A program made the translations under genes and the position numbers. Below are positions 15,747-23,106 of a DNA stretch of 29,664 nucleotides, in pieces. Source of the stretch: a virus (taxonomy: Duplodnaviria; Caudoviricetes). Position 1 is the first letter of the stretch. Each line of letters opens with the position of its first letter. The stretch spans positions 1-29,664 of IMG/VR virus record IMGVR_UViG_3300049011_000005; one strand, given 5' to 3'. Below the pieces are notes generated by a model. It was not told where the DNA came from. It made no database searches and worked only from the letters and a program-made list of their open reading frames with translations.

Positions 15747-16231
15747 TTCTTAACTTCCGGTAATTGACTATGATGTAATGGACGGATTTTACACCGCCGC
15801 ATATGCCTAGCGCAATAATGAGCAAATCCATCAACATTGTTGCGCCTCCAATCGCCGAACAGATGTGATATGACGTATGCATTAACGACGATTGCCGCAG
15901 GCTTCATAGCAAGGTCCAGCTGCGGATTTTGATCAAAGTGGTACGCAATAAAATTGTGCAACGCCATAACTAAGTATATAACACCAAAACAGGTAAATGC
16001 TTGCCGAATTTCTATTGGAATCTTGATATTTGCAATTGAAACAGAGAAATACAGCATTGCGCATGCAATGTAGCAGTGGAATGATCGGAATGGCAGAGCT
16101 TGAATCGCTAGATACGCAATTGCAAGTATAAGCGGCACATACGCATTTCTATTAATCAAACATAAAGATGCGTATGCGCCTAGCATCACTAAATCAACGT
16201 TATTTACGCTTAGGTTTCCGAGATTTAGCAT
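15743..16231 (-). CDS. multi-pass membrane protein (about 162 aa, 4-5 TM)
   Basis: Hydrophobic from MLNLGNL onward. The longer ORF-track start overlaps two other genes and is rejected. Confidence 0.7.
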   Translation of the reverse strand: MLNLGNLSVNNVDLVMLGAYASLCLINRNAYVPLILAIAYLAIQALPFRSFHCYIACAMLYFSVSIANIKIPIEIRQAFTCFGVIYLVMALHNFIAYHFDQNPQLDLAMKPAAIVVNAYVISHLFGDWRRNNVDGFAHYCARHMRRCKIRPLHHSQLPEVKK

Positions 16232-16274
16232 TTTCTGGCTTCTTGTCTGTGCCTTTATCTGATGTGCCGGACAT
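16200..16274 (-). CDS. 24-aa basic peptide
   Basis: Read manually as MSGTSDKGTDKKPENAKSRKPKRK. Strong AAGGAG RBS 6 nt before the ATG; starts 3 nt after the upstream stop. Confidence 0.65.
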   Translation of the reverse strand: MSGTSDKGTDKKPENAKSRKPKRK

Positions 16275-16277
16275 GAT

Positions 16278-16550
16278 TTACTCCTTTGTTGGTGGAGTCT
16301 TATTGTCGCACTTGCATTCATCTGTCGCAAGCTCAGTCTTGCGAGATTCAAATTCCAATCGAGTGCAGACTTGAGCTGAAAACTGCCAAGACCAAGCTGG
16401 AAAATACTCGCCATTTTGGCTTTTATAAATTTTATCGTAAGTTGGAAATGGCCACAAACCATTAAAATGCTTGATGACACTATCAATCAATTTTTGCTTT
16501 CTCTTTTTCTCAAAGTTGTCGCAGTCACTTGCCCAGACTAAACCGCCCAT
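16278..16550 (-). CDS. hypothetical protein (90 aa)
   Basis: ATG 16550 lies just downstream of the terminator; AT-richer than the flanking structural genes. Confidence 0.6.
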   Translation of the reverse strand: MGGLVWASDCDNFEKKRKQKLIDSVIKHFNGLWPFPTYDKIYKSQNGEYFPAWSWQFSAQVCTRLEFESRKTELATDECKCDNKTPPTKE

Positions 16551-16561
16551 CTTATCTCTAC

Positions 16562-16603
16562 AAAATAAAAAACCCACCAACAGCATACACCGTTAGCGGG
16601 CTT
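16562..16603 (-). terminator. intrinsic terminator
   Basis: Minus strand AGCCCGCTAACGG-TGTATG-CTGTTGGTGGGTT (stem with G-U pairs) followed by TTTTATTTT. Confidence 0.75.
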
Positions 16604-16623
16604 TGTCTAACTCATCGGATGAG

Positions 16624-17166
16624 TTACAAGTCCACAATGGTCACAATCAATTCTCCAGTAAACGCCGTCACGCCTGCAAGTAAGCCTGTAACGATGTAAT
16701 AAGTACCTGCCGACAATGATAGCACTCTATTATTTACGCGATTAACGCTAGCAAGCGGAGCGACTGCAGTGCCAGAGTTTGCGACCATTGTTCGCAGTGC
16801 TGCTGCTGATGGCGTAAACGTGCCGCCAGTAGCTGCCGTGAATGTTGGCGACTTCACATTGCGCAAGTTGGTTGATTTTATTGGTGTGGCGGTAAAGCTG
16901 CCTCCAGGTGTGCCAGCGCTTGATTCGAACACCTGCACGCTAGAGCCACCAACAACAGCCGTTAGCTCCATGCCGGTTATGTCTATAGGATTTGGTGCGA
17001 CAATCCTTAAAACTTGTGGAGATGATACCGCTGAAGGGCTTTGCGTTGTTTGAAACTCCGATCCTGACGCCTGAGCTGCTGAGCTGCTATCGACTTTTAG
17101 CCTGCTAATGCCAGACCTGTCGGTGTAGTCTGTGAAATGATCTGTCCTAAATACTACAAAAGGCAT
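16624..17166 (-). CDS. putative virion structural protein (180 aa)
   Basis: Beta-rich S/T/A/G composition; AAGGGGTG RBS; in the cluster after the capsid gene. Confidence 0.65.
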   Translation of the reverse strand: MPFVVFRTDHFTDYTDRSGISRLKVDSSSAAQASGSEFQTTQSPSAVSSPQVLRIVAPNPIDITGMELTAVVGGSSVQVFESSAGTPGGSFTATPIKSTNLRNVKSPTFTAATGGTFTPSAAALRTMVANSGTAVAPLASVNRVNNRVLSLSAGTYYIVTGLLAGVTAFTGELIVTIVDL

Positions 17167-17181
17167 ATATCACCCCTTATG

Positions 17182-17574
17182 TCATGCATCAGGCATTGTG
17201 AAAGTAAAAGATGTAACGGCAACCGGCTGGCCTGATGTCACTGTGGTGTTTGTCACAATACAGTCAGCGCCTGAGCCTGACAATCCGACAGAGCCTTGCA
17301 CTTGCGCGGTGCCAGCCTTTACAACTCGGCAAAATGTTGCCGCTCCGGTGGCTGAGCCGTTAACTGTAGTGATTGCATTGGCTGTGATCGTGCCTGACGA
17401 CGCAGCGCCAAAACCTGTCAATGTGTGCGTAGATAGCACGGTATTTCCTGACAGCGCTGTTTTGGCGTTAGCTGGCGGCGTGCCTGAGTACAAAATAAAC
17501 TCATCAGTCCCAATGGTTGTAGTAACCTGATTAGCCATTGCGTTTTGTAAAGTAAGACCTAATGTGATAGCCAT
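17182..17574 (-). CDS. putative head spike base / decoration protein (130 aa)
   Basis: LYSGT.PA.A...L...L..FG.AS.G....TG.ATF.R....QGSVG.SG.GAD, a pattern common in phage structural modules. Confidence 0.65.
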   Translation of the reverse strand: MAITLGLTLQNAMANQVTTTIGTDEFILYSGTPPANAKTALSGNTVLSTHTLTGFGAASSGTITANAITTVNGSATGAATFCRVVKAGTAQVQGSVGLSGSGADCIVTNTTVTSGQPVAVTSFTFTMPDA

Positions 17575-17576
17575 TT

Positions 17577-18791
17577 TTATTCCTCGTCTCTTGCTCTGTT
17601 AACTTCGCCCTGCTTCAAGCCAAGAGCGCGTTGTTGGATAATGTACCACTCCGGCACGATAACGACCGGCGGCACGTATTCATTGTTTCTGTTTTCTTCT
17701 GCGCGTCGTGCGTTTACTAATGCTTGTTTTAATGCGAGTGGATCGCCCGCAGGCTCTGGCACTTGAACAATCATTGCCGCCTGCATTCTTAATCTTGGCA
17801 ATGTGCCAGAGAATGCGACTAGCGGCGGTGGCAGTGACACCGTTGCAGAAATAGATGCTCTGAGCTTCGGCAGTGTACCGGCGAAAGATAGGCTATTCGG
17901 TGGAGCGCTAACAGTTGCTGAAATGCTCGCTGTTAGCTTCGGGAGCGTGCCACTGAAAGATAAACTATCTGTGCCGGTGCTGACCGTTGCATTGATGCTT
18001 GCTCTAAGCTTTGGCAGCGCTCCAGCAAATGATGCACTAATGCCTGATGTTACGTTGGCAGATATTGCGGCGGTTAACTTGGGTAGCGTGCCGCTAAACG
18101 TTGCGCTGATGCCGCTAGTTACTGTCGCTGAAATTGCAGCAGTTAGTTTGGGTAATGTTCCTGCGAATGTCGCAGACGGACCAAAGCCACCCCAGTTATC
18201 CGCATCGGTTGCGCCAAACCCATCAAGCGTACCTTGGTTGACGCCACTTGTTGTTGGTAACGTTAAGCCGGTGCCGCCAGATAGGCTTGCGTCGTATTCT
18301 TGGCTATTGGTTAAGCCTGTGACGGCAATGATTTCCATATCGCCGACAAGATAAACAGTATTGGTGCTGCTAGAGCGTCCAAGCTGGTTTAAGCCGTTTG
18401 TACCGTTGGCCCACAACTGAGCCGTTGTATATGTGCCGCTTTCACCGGTTGGAGTTCCGGTTAAGTTGTTAAAAATATCCCAAGCGCCAGTTCCGGCAGT
18501 GTGGCTAAGCGTATAGTCAAACTGAACTCCACTTGTGATAAGTGCAGATGTTGAGCCATAGAGGTTTGTGCCGCTGCGATATACACGAATCTGACCTGAG
18601 GCGTTTACAACAAGACCGTTTGAGCCAGTCGCTTGAGATGTGCCAATAAAACCAGCTAAGCCGCTCGATGGCACGGTAATGCCGTTAGGGCCAGACCTGA
18701 TGCGGAAGCTGTATGTAGATGTCCCCGCGTTACCAGTAATCGCTGTGGCAATAGTTACCCGCCTGCCTGTTGCGAATATGATGTAACCCAT
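17577..18791 (-). CDS. putative head fibre: ConA/LamG-like N-terminal domain plus tandem-repeat stalk
   Basis: LGR......L.G.M...Y.....G.G..L....G...GTL.GF......W lectin-like ending, then six FxGTLPKLxAxIxAxV repeats; directly after the capsid gene. Confidence 0.7.
   Translation of the reverse strand: MGYIIFATGRRVTIATAITGNAGTSTYSFRIRSGPNGITVPSSGLAGFIGTSQATGSNGLVVNASGQIRVYRSGTNLYGSTSALITSGVQFDYTLSHTAGTGAWDIFNNLTGTPTGESGTYTTAQLWANGTNGLNQLGRSSSTNTVYLVGDMEIIAVTGLTNSQEYDASLSGGTGLTLPTTSGVNQGTLDGFGATDADNWGGFGPSATFAGTLPKLTAAISATVTSGISATFSGTLPKLTAAISANVTSGISASFAGALPKLRASINATVSTGTDSLSFSGTLPKLTASISATVSAPPNSLSFAGTLPKLRASISATVSLPPPLVAFSGTLPRLRMQAAMIVQVPEPAGDPLALKQALVNARRAEENRNNEYVPPVVIVPEWYIIQQRALGLKQGEVNRARDEE
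17765..18173 (-). repeat. six tandem 23-24 aa repeats
   Basis: FAGTLPKLTAAISATV, FSGTLPKLTAAISANV, FAGALPKLRASINATV, FSGTLPKLTASISATV, FAGTLPKLRASISATV, FSGTLPRLRMQAAMIV. Confidence 0.9.
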
Positions 18792-18815
18792 TGCGTCAGC
18801 GTCCTATTTTACAGC

Positions 18816-18843
18816 AAAGAAAATGGGCGACTTTCGCCGCCCA
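18816..18843 (-). terminator. intrinsic terminator after the major capsid gene
   Basis: TGGGCGGC-GAAA-GTCGCCCA followed by TTTTCTTT. Confidence 0.85.
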
Positions 18844-18849
18844 CCATTG

Positions 18850-19770
18850 TTACGCAGTACCAGCGGTGCCGTAAAGGCCTCTCGGATCACTCCAGCCAGC
18901 AGAGTAGCGCTCAGTCGCTTTAAAGCGAGCATTGCCACTCAGGAAGCTGTTATCTTCGCCGAAATCAATCGCACGACGCATCATGTGCTGCAAGCCGTAC
19001 ATTGCATCTGTTTTAATCCACCAAGCGTCAGCAGATGTCAGGTAGTGGTTAACTACGACTTCAGACAGCATGCCGGTAGATTTGATTGCATTGATAGCGT
19101 TGTTTGCGGTGTCATTCTGCAGTGTTGATTTCAGGATGCGCTCAGCTTCGAATTGCAGGTCAACTGGGATAATCAGTTTTTTACCCTGCAGCTTAATTTT
19201 CAGGCCGCGAGAGTCAACTGCTTTACCAATTTGGATCAGCATATCTTCAATTGAAGCCTCTGATAAGTCCGCATCAATGGCTAAACGGTTACTGAACGTG
19301 CCACCTGAAGGGCCAAGCGGGTGAGCAGTAGAGTTCAGTGATTGACCGTCACCATCAACCATAGTGAACGCGCTGTTGAATGCGCGGTTCAGGATGTTGG
19401 CGTGGAAAATCTCTTTAGTCTGCTGCATCGAGAAAGCCAGCATGCGAGCTTTCTTGTTCATAACGCCGTACAGCTCATCCTCTAACGCTTCTTCAGTCAC
19501 CACGAAGCCTTTAGCCACTGTTACGTGGTTGTACTTCGGAGCGAATGATTGGCGGAAGTCATCGAACGCAACGTCTGAACCTTCAGGCTTAATTGCTGCT
19601 AACCCGAAACCCTCAATCATCTGGTCGATTTCGAAAGCCTTTTTCGAGGTTTCTTTATCGAAGATTTTTGACCATTCTTCTGGGTGCTTATCGTAAGTCT
19701 GACCGAAGACCGACTTTAAACCATCTTGTAACAGACGGGGAAAATTACCGCGTGTAATAGTACCAGCCAT
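18850..19770 (-). CDS. major capsid protein (HK97 fold, Mu gpT-like family)
   Basis: GFGLAAIKPEG..V.FD, TEEALEDELY, LSEASIED.LIQI, KLIIP..LQF.AERIL.S, NHYLTS.DAW, RYSAGWSDPRG; followed by a terminator. Confidence 0.9.
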   Translation of the reverse strand: MAGTITRGNFPRLLQDGLKSVFGQTYDKHPEEWSKIFDKETSKKAFEIDQMIEGFGLAAIKPEGSDVAFDDFRQSFAPKYNHVTVAKGFVVTEEALEDELYGVMNKKARMLAFSMQQTKEIFHANILNRAFNSAFTMVDGDGQSLNSTAHPLGPSGGTFSNRLAIDADLSEASIEDMLIQIGKAVDSRGLKIKLQGKKLIIPVDLQFEAERILKSTLQNDTANNAINAIKSTGMLSEVVVNHYLTSADAWWIKTDAMYGLQHMMRRAIDFGEDNSFLSGNARFKATERYSAGWSDPRGLYGTAGTA

Positions 19771-19773
19771 GAC

Positions 19774-20319
19774 TTATACCCCCGTCGCTGATTGGTTGTT
19801 GATAGAAACGAGTGCGCGGTTACCCAACACACCGTTAGCGTCTGGCAGTAACTGTTGCACACGCAATTGCAGTGTCGCAGTGGTGTTTTTGCCGGTTGCG
19901 TTAATAACCATGTTGCTGATGTCCAGCACACCTGAGTTAGTTGCTGCGGTGAATGTAGAGTCAACGTTTAAGCCGACGTCAGCGACTAACAATGGGCCGT
20001 TAGCTACAGGAGCCTCCAGCCACAATGCAGGGTCTTGCTGCACGTACAGATAGCCAGCGGTGCCAGCAGGTAAGCCGGTGCGGCTCAGTGCTTCGCCAGC
20101 AAAGCGATATTCAACGGAAGCAACCACGCCGAAAACTTGCTGACCAGTTGCGGTTAAAGCGTCAACAGCTGCAACACCTTCAGTGTCAGCAGTGCCAGTT
20201 GCGCGAACTAAATCGCCAGGTGCGATCAATGTAGCGTGTGCAGCATCAACGAATACGCGGCGAACCTTGCCAGCATTCTCTGATGTGTTGCCACCCGCAT
20301 TATATACGGAGTAACCCAT
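19774..20319 (-). CDS. putative minor capsid/cement protein
   Basis: A/G/T-rich with I.PGDLV and DP...LEA motifs; immediately upstream of the capsid gene; GAGG RBS. Confidence 0.65.
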   Translation of the reverse strand: MGYSVYNAGGNTSENAGKVRRVFVDAAHATLIAPGDLVRATGTADTEGVAAVDALTATGQQVFGVVASVEYRFAGEALSRTGLPAGTAGYLYVQQDPALWLEAPVANGPLLVADVGLNVDSTFTAATNSGVLDISNMVINATGKNTTATLQLRVQQLLPDANGVLGNRALVSINNQSATGV

Positions 20320-20408
20320 GTTTAAACCCTCGTGAGTTTGTCAAATTGAGATTGTTTGGTTTTGCTCGTTGCCAATAATGCAGAATGCACGGCGAGCTAT
20401 TGTGGTCT

Positions 20409-20831
20409 CTAGATGTCATACTCACGCTGGGCAACGCGTTTCTGCCCGTCGGGAATATAATCAGGCACTGCGCCTGAGGTGTTTAAGGTCTCTACTTTTT
20501 CGCCTGTTTGCTCGTTGACTTTGTTTTGCCCACGAACGAAATCTTCTTGGTAATACGATTGCGGGATACGCATTAACAGCATCTCTGAGCCGTTTTTGTG
20601 CGCTCGCACTTCGCCACCTTCCGCATTTAAGACTGGCTCGTACCAAGCACGCTTTGCTTGCTCGATGCGACCTTCTTGTTTTGCGTTAAACCAGCGATAA
20701 TGATAGCCTGCCTCTTGCTGATATGCAAGAATTTCGCTTTGAGCCATTGACACGCGCTCAGTTTTGCGCTCATCTCGTTGGGTTTCAGCTTTGTTTGCTG
20801 CTGCTTCTGTACTGCGTGGACGTCCTACCAT
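20409..20831 (-). CDS. conserved head-module hypothetical protein
   Basis: GYHYRWFN...GRI.......YEPV...LLMRIP motif; lies between the scaffold and capsid genes. Confidence 0.7.
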   Translation of the reverse strand: MVGRPRSTEAAANKAETQRDERKTERVSMAQSEILAYQQEAGYHYRWFNAKQEGRIEQAKRAWYEPVLNAEGGEVRAHKNGSEMLLMRIPQSYYQEDFVRGQNKVNEQTGEKVETLNTSGAVPDYIPDGQKRVAQREYDI

Positions 20832-20833
20832 GA

Positions 20834-21766
20834 TTAAGCTCTCCGGCTGTCTTTGACAGCTTTAAGGAATGATTTTTTATCACCAAACATTGATTCGCCA
20901 AACGAGTTCCACTGATGCTTTTCATCAGGCGACAGGTCAGCCCAAGTTAATTCTCCACCAGAACTGACGCGACCAGACTTGGAGTCAGTCATTGGCGCCT
21001 TGTCTCGGTTTGGGTTTACTGTTGGCTTTGTTGGGAATTTGCTGGTGATTTCTTGCTGTAATAACTGCAGGCGCTGATTGACGTCAGGCACACTAGTTAG
21101 CAGCTGCTGATATGCTCGCCGTGCGTATTCAGCCTTAGCGAAATCAGGGCTTAGCGGGTCAGTAACTGAAATCCATGCGTTGTTACGTTCAAAGTCAGCC
21201 TCCACTGCGAGCTCATCTTGTGACGGGCCTTGTTGTTGCGGCTGCTGGATTTGCTGCTGGATATTTACCTGCGTAATCGCATTGTTCATCAGCTGACTAT
21301 CTAGCTTTTCAACCGCATCGACATCACCGTAGTTGATAGCCTGCCGACGTTCAAACTTCAGCTTCTCGTTTTCTTGCTGCAGGTTTTGCAGTTGAATTTG
21401 CGCCTGCATCTGGGCTAGCTTCTGGACGTTCTGAACGCGCTCAGTAAACGTCTTTTCCAGATTCTTCAGCTCTCGACTTTGGCGGATTAACTCGCCTTTG
21501 TCGTTAAAGTGCTTGGCGTTAACCCAGTCGTCTGGGTTCTTGCCTTGCTCAATCCATTCGGATTTGCTGGTCCAGCCATGTTGACGCGCCTTGGATTCTT
21601 CAGGGTCAGGCGCTGCTTCTTGCTGTGGCTCAGGCTCACTATCCGCTTCAGGCTTATCATCAGGCTCTGACTTTACATCTTCAGGCTCTAGACCAAACGC
21701 TGAGCGGATAGCATCATCCTGGTGTGAGCTGGATGATTCGGTGATTTCTTCTTGATAATCGCTCAT
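20834..21766 (-). CDS. capsid scaffolding protein (putative)
   Basis: Acidic N-terminus, AR..GW..K.EW...G..PD.WV.A..F motif, coiled coil, C-terminal LSPDEK helix; position before the capsid gene. Confidence 0.75.
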   Translation of the reverse strand: MSDYQEEITESSSSHQDDAIRSAFGLEPEDVKSEPDDKPEADSEPEPQQEAAPDPEESKARQHGWTSKSEWIEQGKNPDDWVNAKHFNDKGELIRQSRELKNLEKTFTERVQNVQKLAQMQAQIQLQNLQQENEKLKFERRQAINYGDVDAVEKLDSQLMNNAITQVNIQQQIQQPQQQGPSQDELAVEADFERNNAWISVTDPLSPDFAKAEYARRAYQQLLTSVPDVNQRLQLLQQEITSKFPTKPTVNPNRDKAPMTDSKSGRVSSGGELTWADLSPDEKHQWNSFGESMFGDKKSFLKAVKDSRRA

Positions 21767-22083
21767 TATTCCACCTTGCAAATGATGTGCTGGTCAGTGA
21801 TTAGGCGCAGTTTTGTTTTACGCCCTGCCGCTTGTGGTCGCTTGCCGTCATAGCTGAGGAATTCAACCTTGTCGCCGACTTGCACGCCCCAATCTTTAGG
21901 AGAGTTGCAACCGCAGGACAACCCCTTAAACGCCATAGGGCCAAATGCTTTAATGTGCCCAGTTGATACGGCTTCATCCATGCGGTCAGCAATCTCAGCG
22001 GTAGCCAAGACAATGCCGCCATTAGATTTAACTTCTGGCTCGTCGGTTTCTATGAGCACGAAATATCCGGTAGGGTTAATCAT
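21766..22083 (-). CDS. groES: phage-encoded GroES-like co-chaperonin (Cpn10)
   Basis: I.P.G..VLI......KSNGGIVL mobile loop, G.I.A.GP, VQVGDKVEF..YDG, L....I. Confidence 0.85.
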   Translation of the reverse strand: MINPTGYFVLIETDEPEVKSNGGIVLATAEIADRMDEAVSTGHIKAFGPMAFKGLSCGCNSPKDWGVQVGDKVEFLSYDGKRPQAAGRKTKLRLITDQHIICKVE

Positions 22084-22319
22084 TTGCTGTTCCCCTCATC
22101 AAACGCCAAATAGCGCTCAAGCAGACTGATAACCTGCGGGCATGTGACAGCGGCGCCGGATTCTTTCTGGTTGTAGAGTTCCATTTGAAGCGTGGAGAAT
22201 AGGTGTTTCGTGATGGGATGGTTATGCCAAACTTGCCAGACTTCTTCCGGTTGGGTGAAGTCGTTTATTTCGTGACACTTGCGGTCTATTAGCGCGTCTA
22301 TTCCTAGCGGGTCATTCAT
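22080..22319 (-). CDS. hypothetical protein (79 aa)
   Basis: WQVWHNHPITK motif; ATGA coupling to groES. Confidence 0.65.
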   Translation of the reverse strand: MNDPLGIDALIDRKCHEINDFTQPEEVWQVWHNHPITKHLFSTLQMELYNQKESGAAVTCPQVISLLERYLAFDEGNSK

Positions 22320-22360
22320 ATCTTTGGTCTCTTTGTCTATGGGGAATCTTTAACGCCAAT

Positions 22361-22389
22361 ATTTTGGCGCAGCGTCAATTTTTTGTCAA
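22361..22389 (-). promoter_or_regulatory. sigma70-like promoter for head genes
   Basis: TTGACA-17 bp-CAAAAT, with TGCGC directly before the -10 as in the promoters at 25251 and 27635. Confidence 0.55.
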
Positions 22390-22452
22390 GTCAGTGGTCG
22401 GATGTGCTTGTCTTGGTTGTTGTGGTATGGTTTGGTTTTAATTGGAGGGAAT

Positions 22453-22671
22453 ATGGAATATTTTGCTGCTGGTTTAATTGTTGTTCTTGTTTGCTGGTTT
22501 CTTGCGTGGATTGGTACAGAGGCTTTTGATGGCAACAAAATTGCCTTAGTTTTACTTGTTTTGTCACTTTCGGCAATAATTGGCTGGTCTATTTGGTTGG
22601 CTGAAAAGGAGGCAAATGCAAACCGTGTCAGTCACCATAACTACTGCCAAGATGGGAATTCTGAGAAATGA
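22453..22671 (+). CDS. two-TM membrane protein (72 aa), antisense insert
   Basis: GGAGG before ATG 22453; two hydrophobic helices. Confidence 0.7.
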   Translation: MEYFAAGLIVVLVCWFLAWIGTEAFDGNKIALVLLVLSLSAIIGWSIWLAEKEANANRVSHHNYCQDGNSEK

Positions 22672-22841
22672 ACAAATCCTATGATGTTTATATGTGCAGA
22701 GCGGTAAAGCGTGAGCGGCACGAAGAAGAGCCATACATATCACCATTCGACAGAATGCCAAGCAAGATTGAGATGCAAGGAATGAAGGAGATATTCAAGC
22801 GTGAGTACTGCTCGGGAGGTAAGGATGAAGAATCAGTATGA
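22668..22841 (+). CDS. hypothetical protein (57 aa), antisense insert
   Basis: Read manually as MNKSYDVYMCRAVKRERHEEEPYISPFDRMPSKIEMQGMKEIFKREYCSGGKDEESV; ATGA coupling to the upstream gene. Confidence 0.6.
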   Translation: MNKSYDVYMCRAVKRERHEEEPYISPFDRMPSKIEMQGMKEIFKREYCSGGKDEESV

Positions 22842-23097
22842 TGTTTATATGTGTAGGTGCGACTGCGCTGGACAAGTTGACTTACTTGAAAATCTTTTAA
22901 TGTTTGAAAAATACAAAGAAGCGCAATATGCTCTAGAAAAAGCCAGTCTTATGAGCGTGGATTGGCGAAATAGATTTATGAACAACGTAAACAGCAGACC
23001 CAAAAACTCCCCACTCAAAATAAGGCTGGTTCACCAAAGTATTACTAAATATTTAAACTTAGCCAATGACTATATTGATAACAAAAAAGGGGCATAA
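22825..23097 (+). CDS. hypothetical protein (90 aa), antisense insert
   Basis: GGAGGT before ATG 22825 (MKNQYDVYMCRCDC); AT-rich. Confidence 0.7.
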   Translation: MKNQYDVYMCRCDCAGQVDLLENLLMFEKYKEAQYALEKASLMSVDWRNRFMNNVNSRPKNSPLKIRLVHQSITKYLNLANDYIDNKKGA

Positions 23098-23106
23098 AGC
23101 CCCTTT
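23083..23106. terminator. bidirectional intrinsic terminator
   Basis: AAAGGGGC-ATAAA-GCCCCTTT with an A-run on the left (U-tract for the minus strand); lies between the convergent portal gene and insert. Confidence 0.8.

Noticed and set aside
16232-16486. N-terminal extension of the 247-aa ORF 15743-16486
   Set aside because: It overlaps the 90-aa gene and the peptide gene; the hydrophobic domain begins only at ATG 16231.
17765-18173. Tandem repeats as a CRISPR array or diversity-generating retroelement template
   Set aside because: The repeats are in-frame protein repeats with synonymous divergence and no unique spacers; no cas or reverse transcriptase gene is in the window.
18816-18860. 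Programmed frameshift or readthrough fusing the capsid to the downstream fibre
   Set aside because: No slippery heptamer seen at the capsid 3' end; a TAA stop is followed by a clear terminator, and the next gene has its own AGGA RBS.
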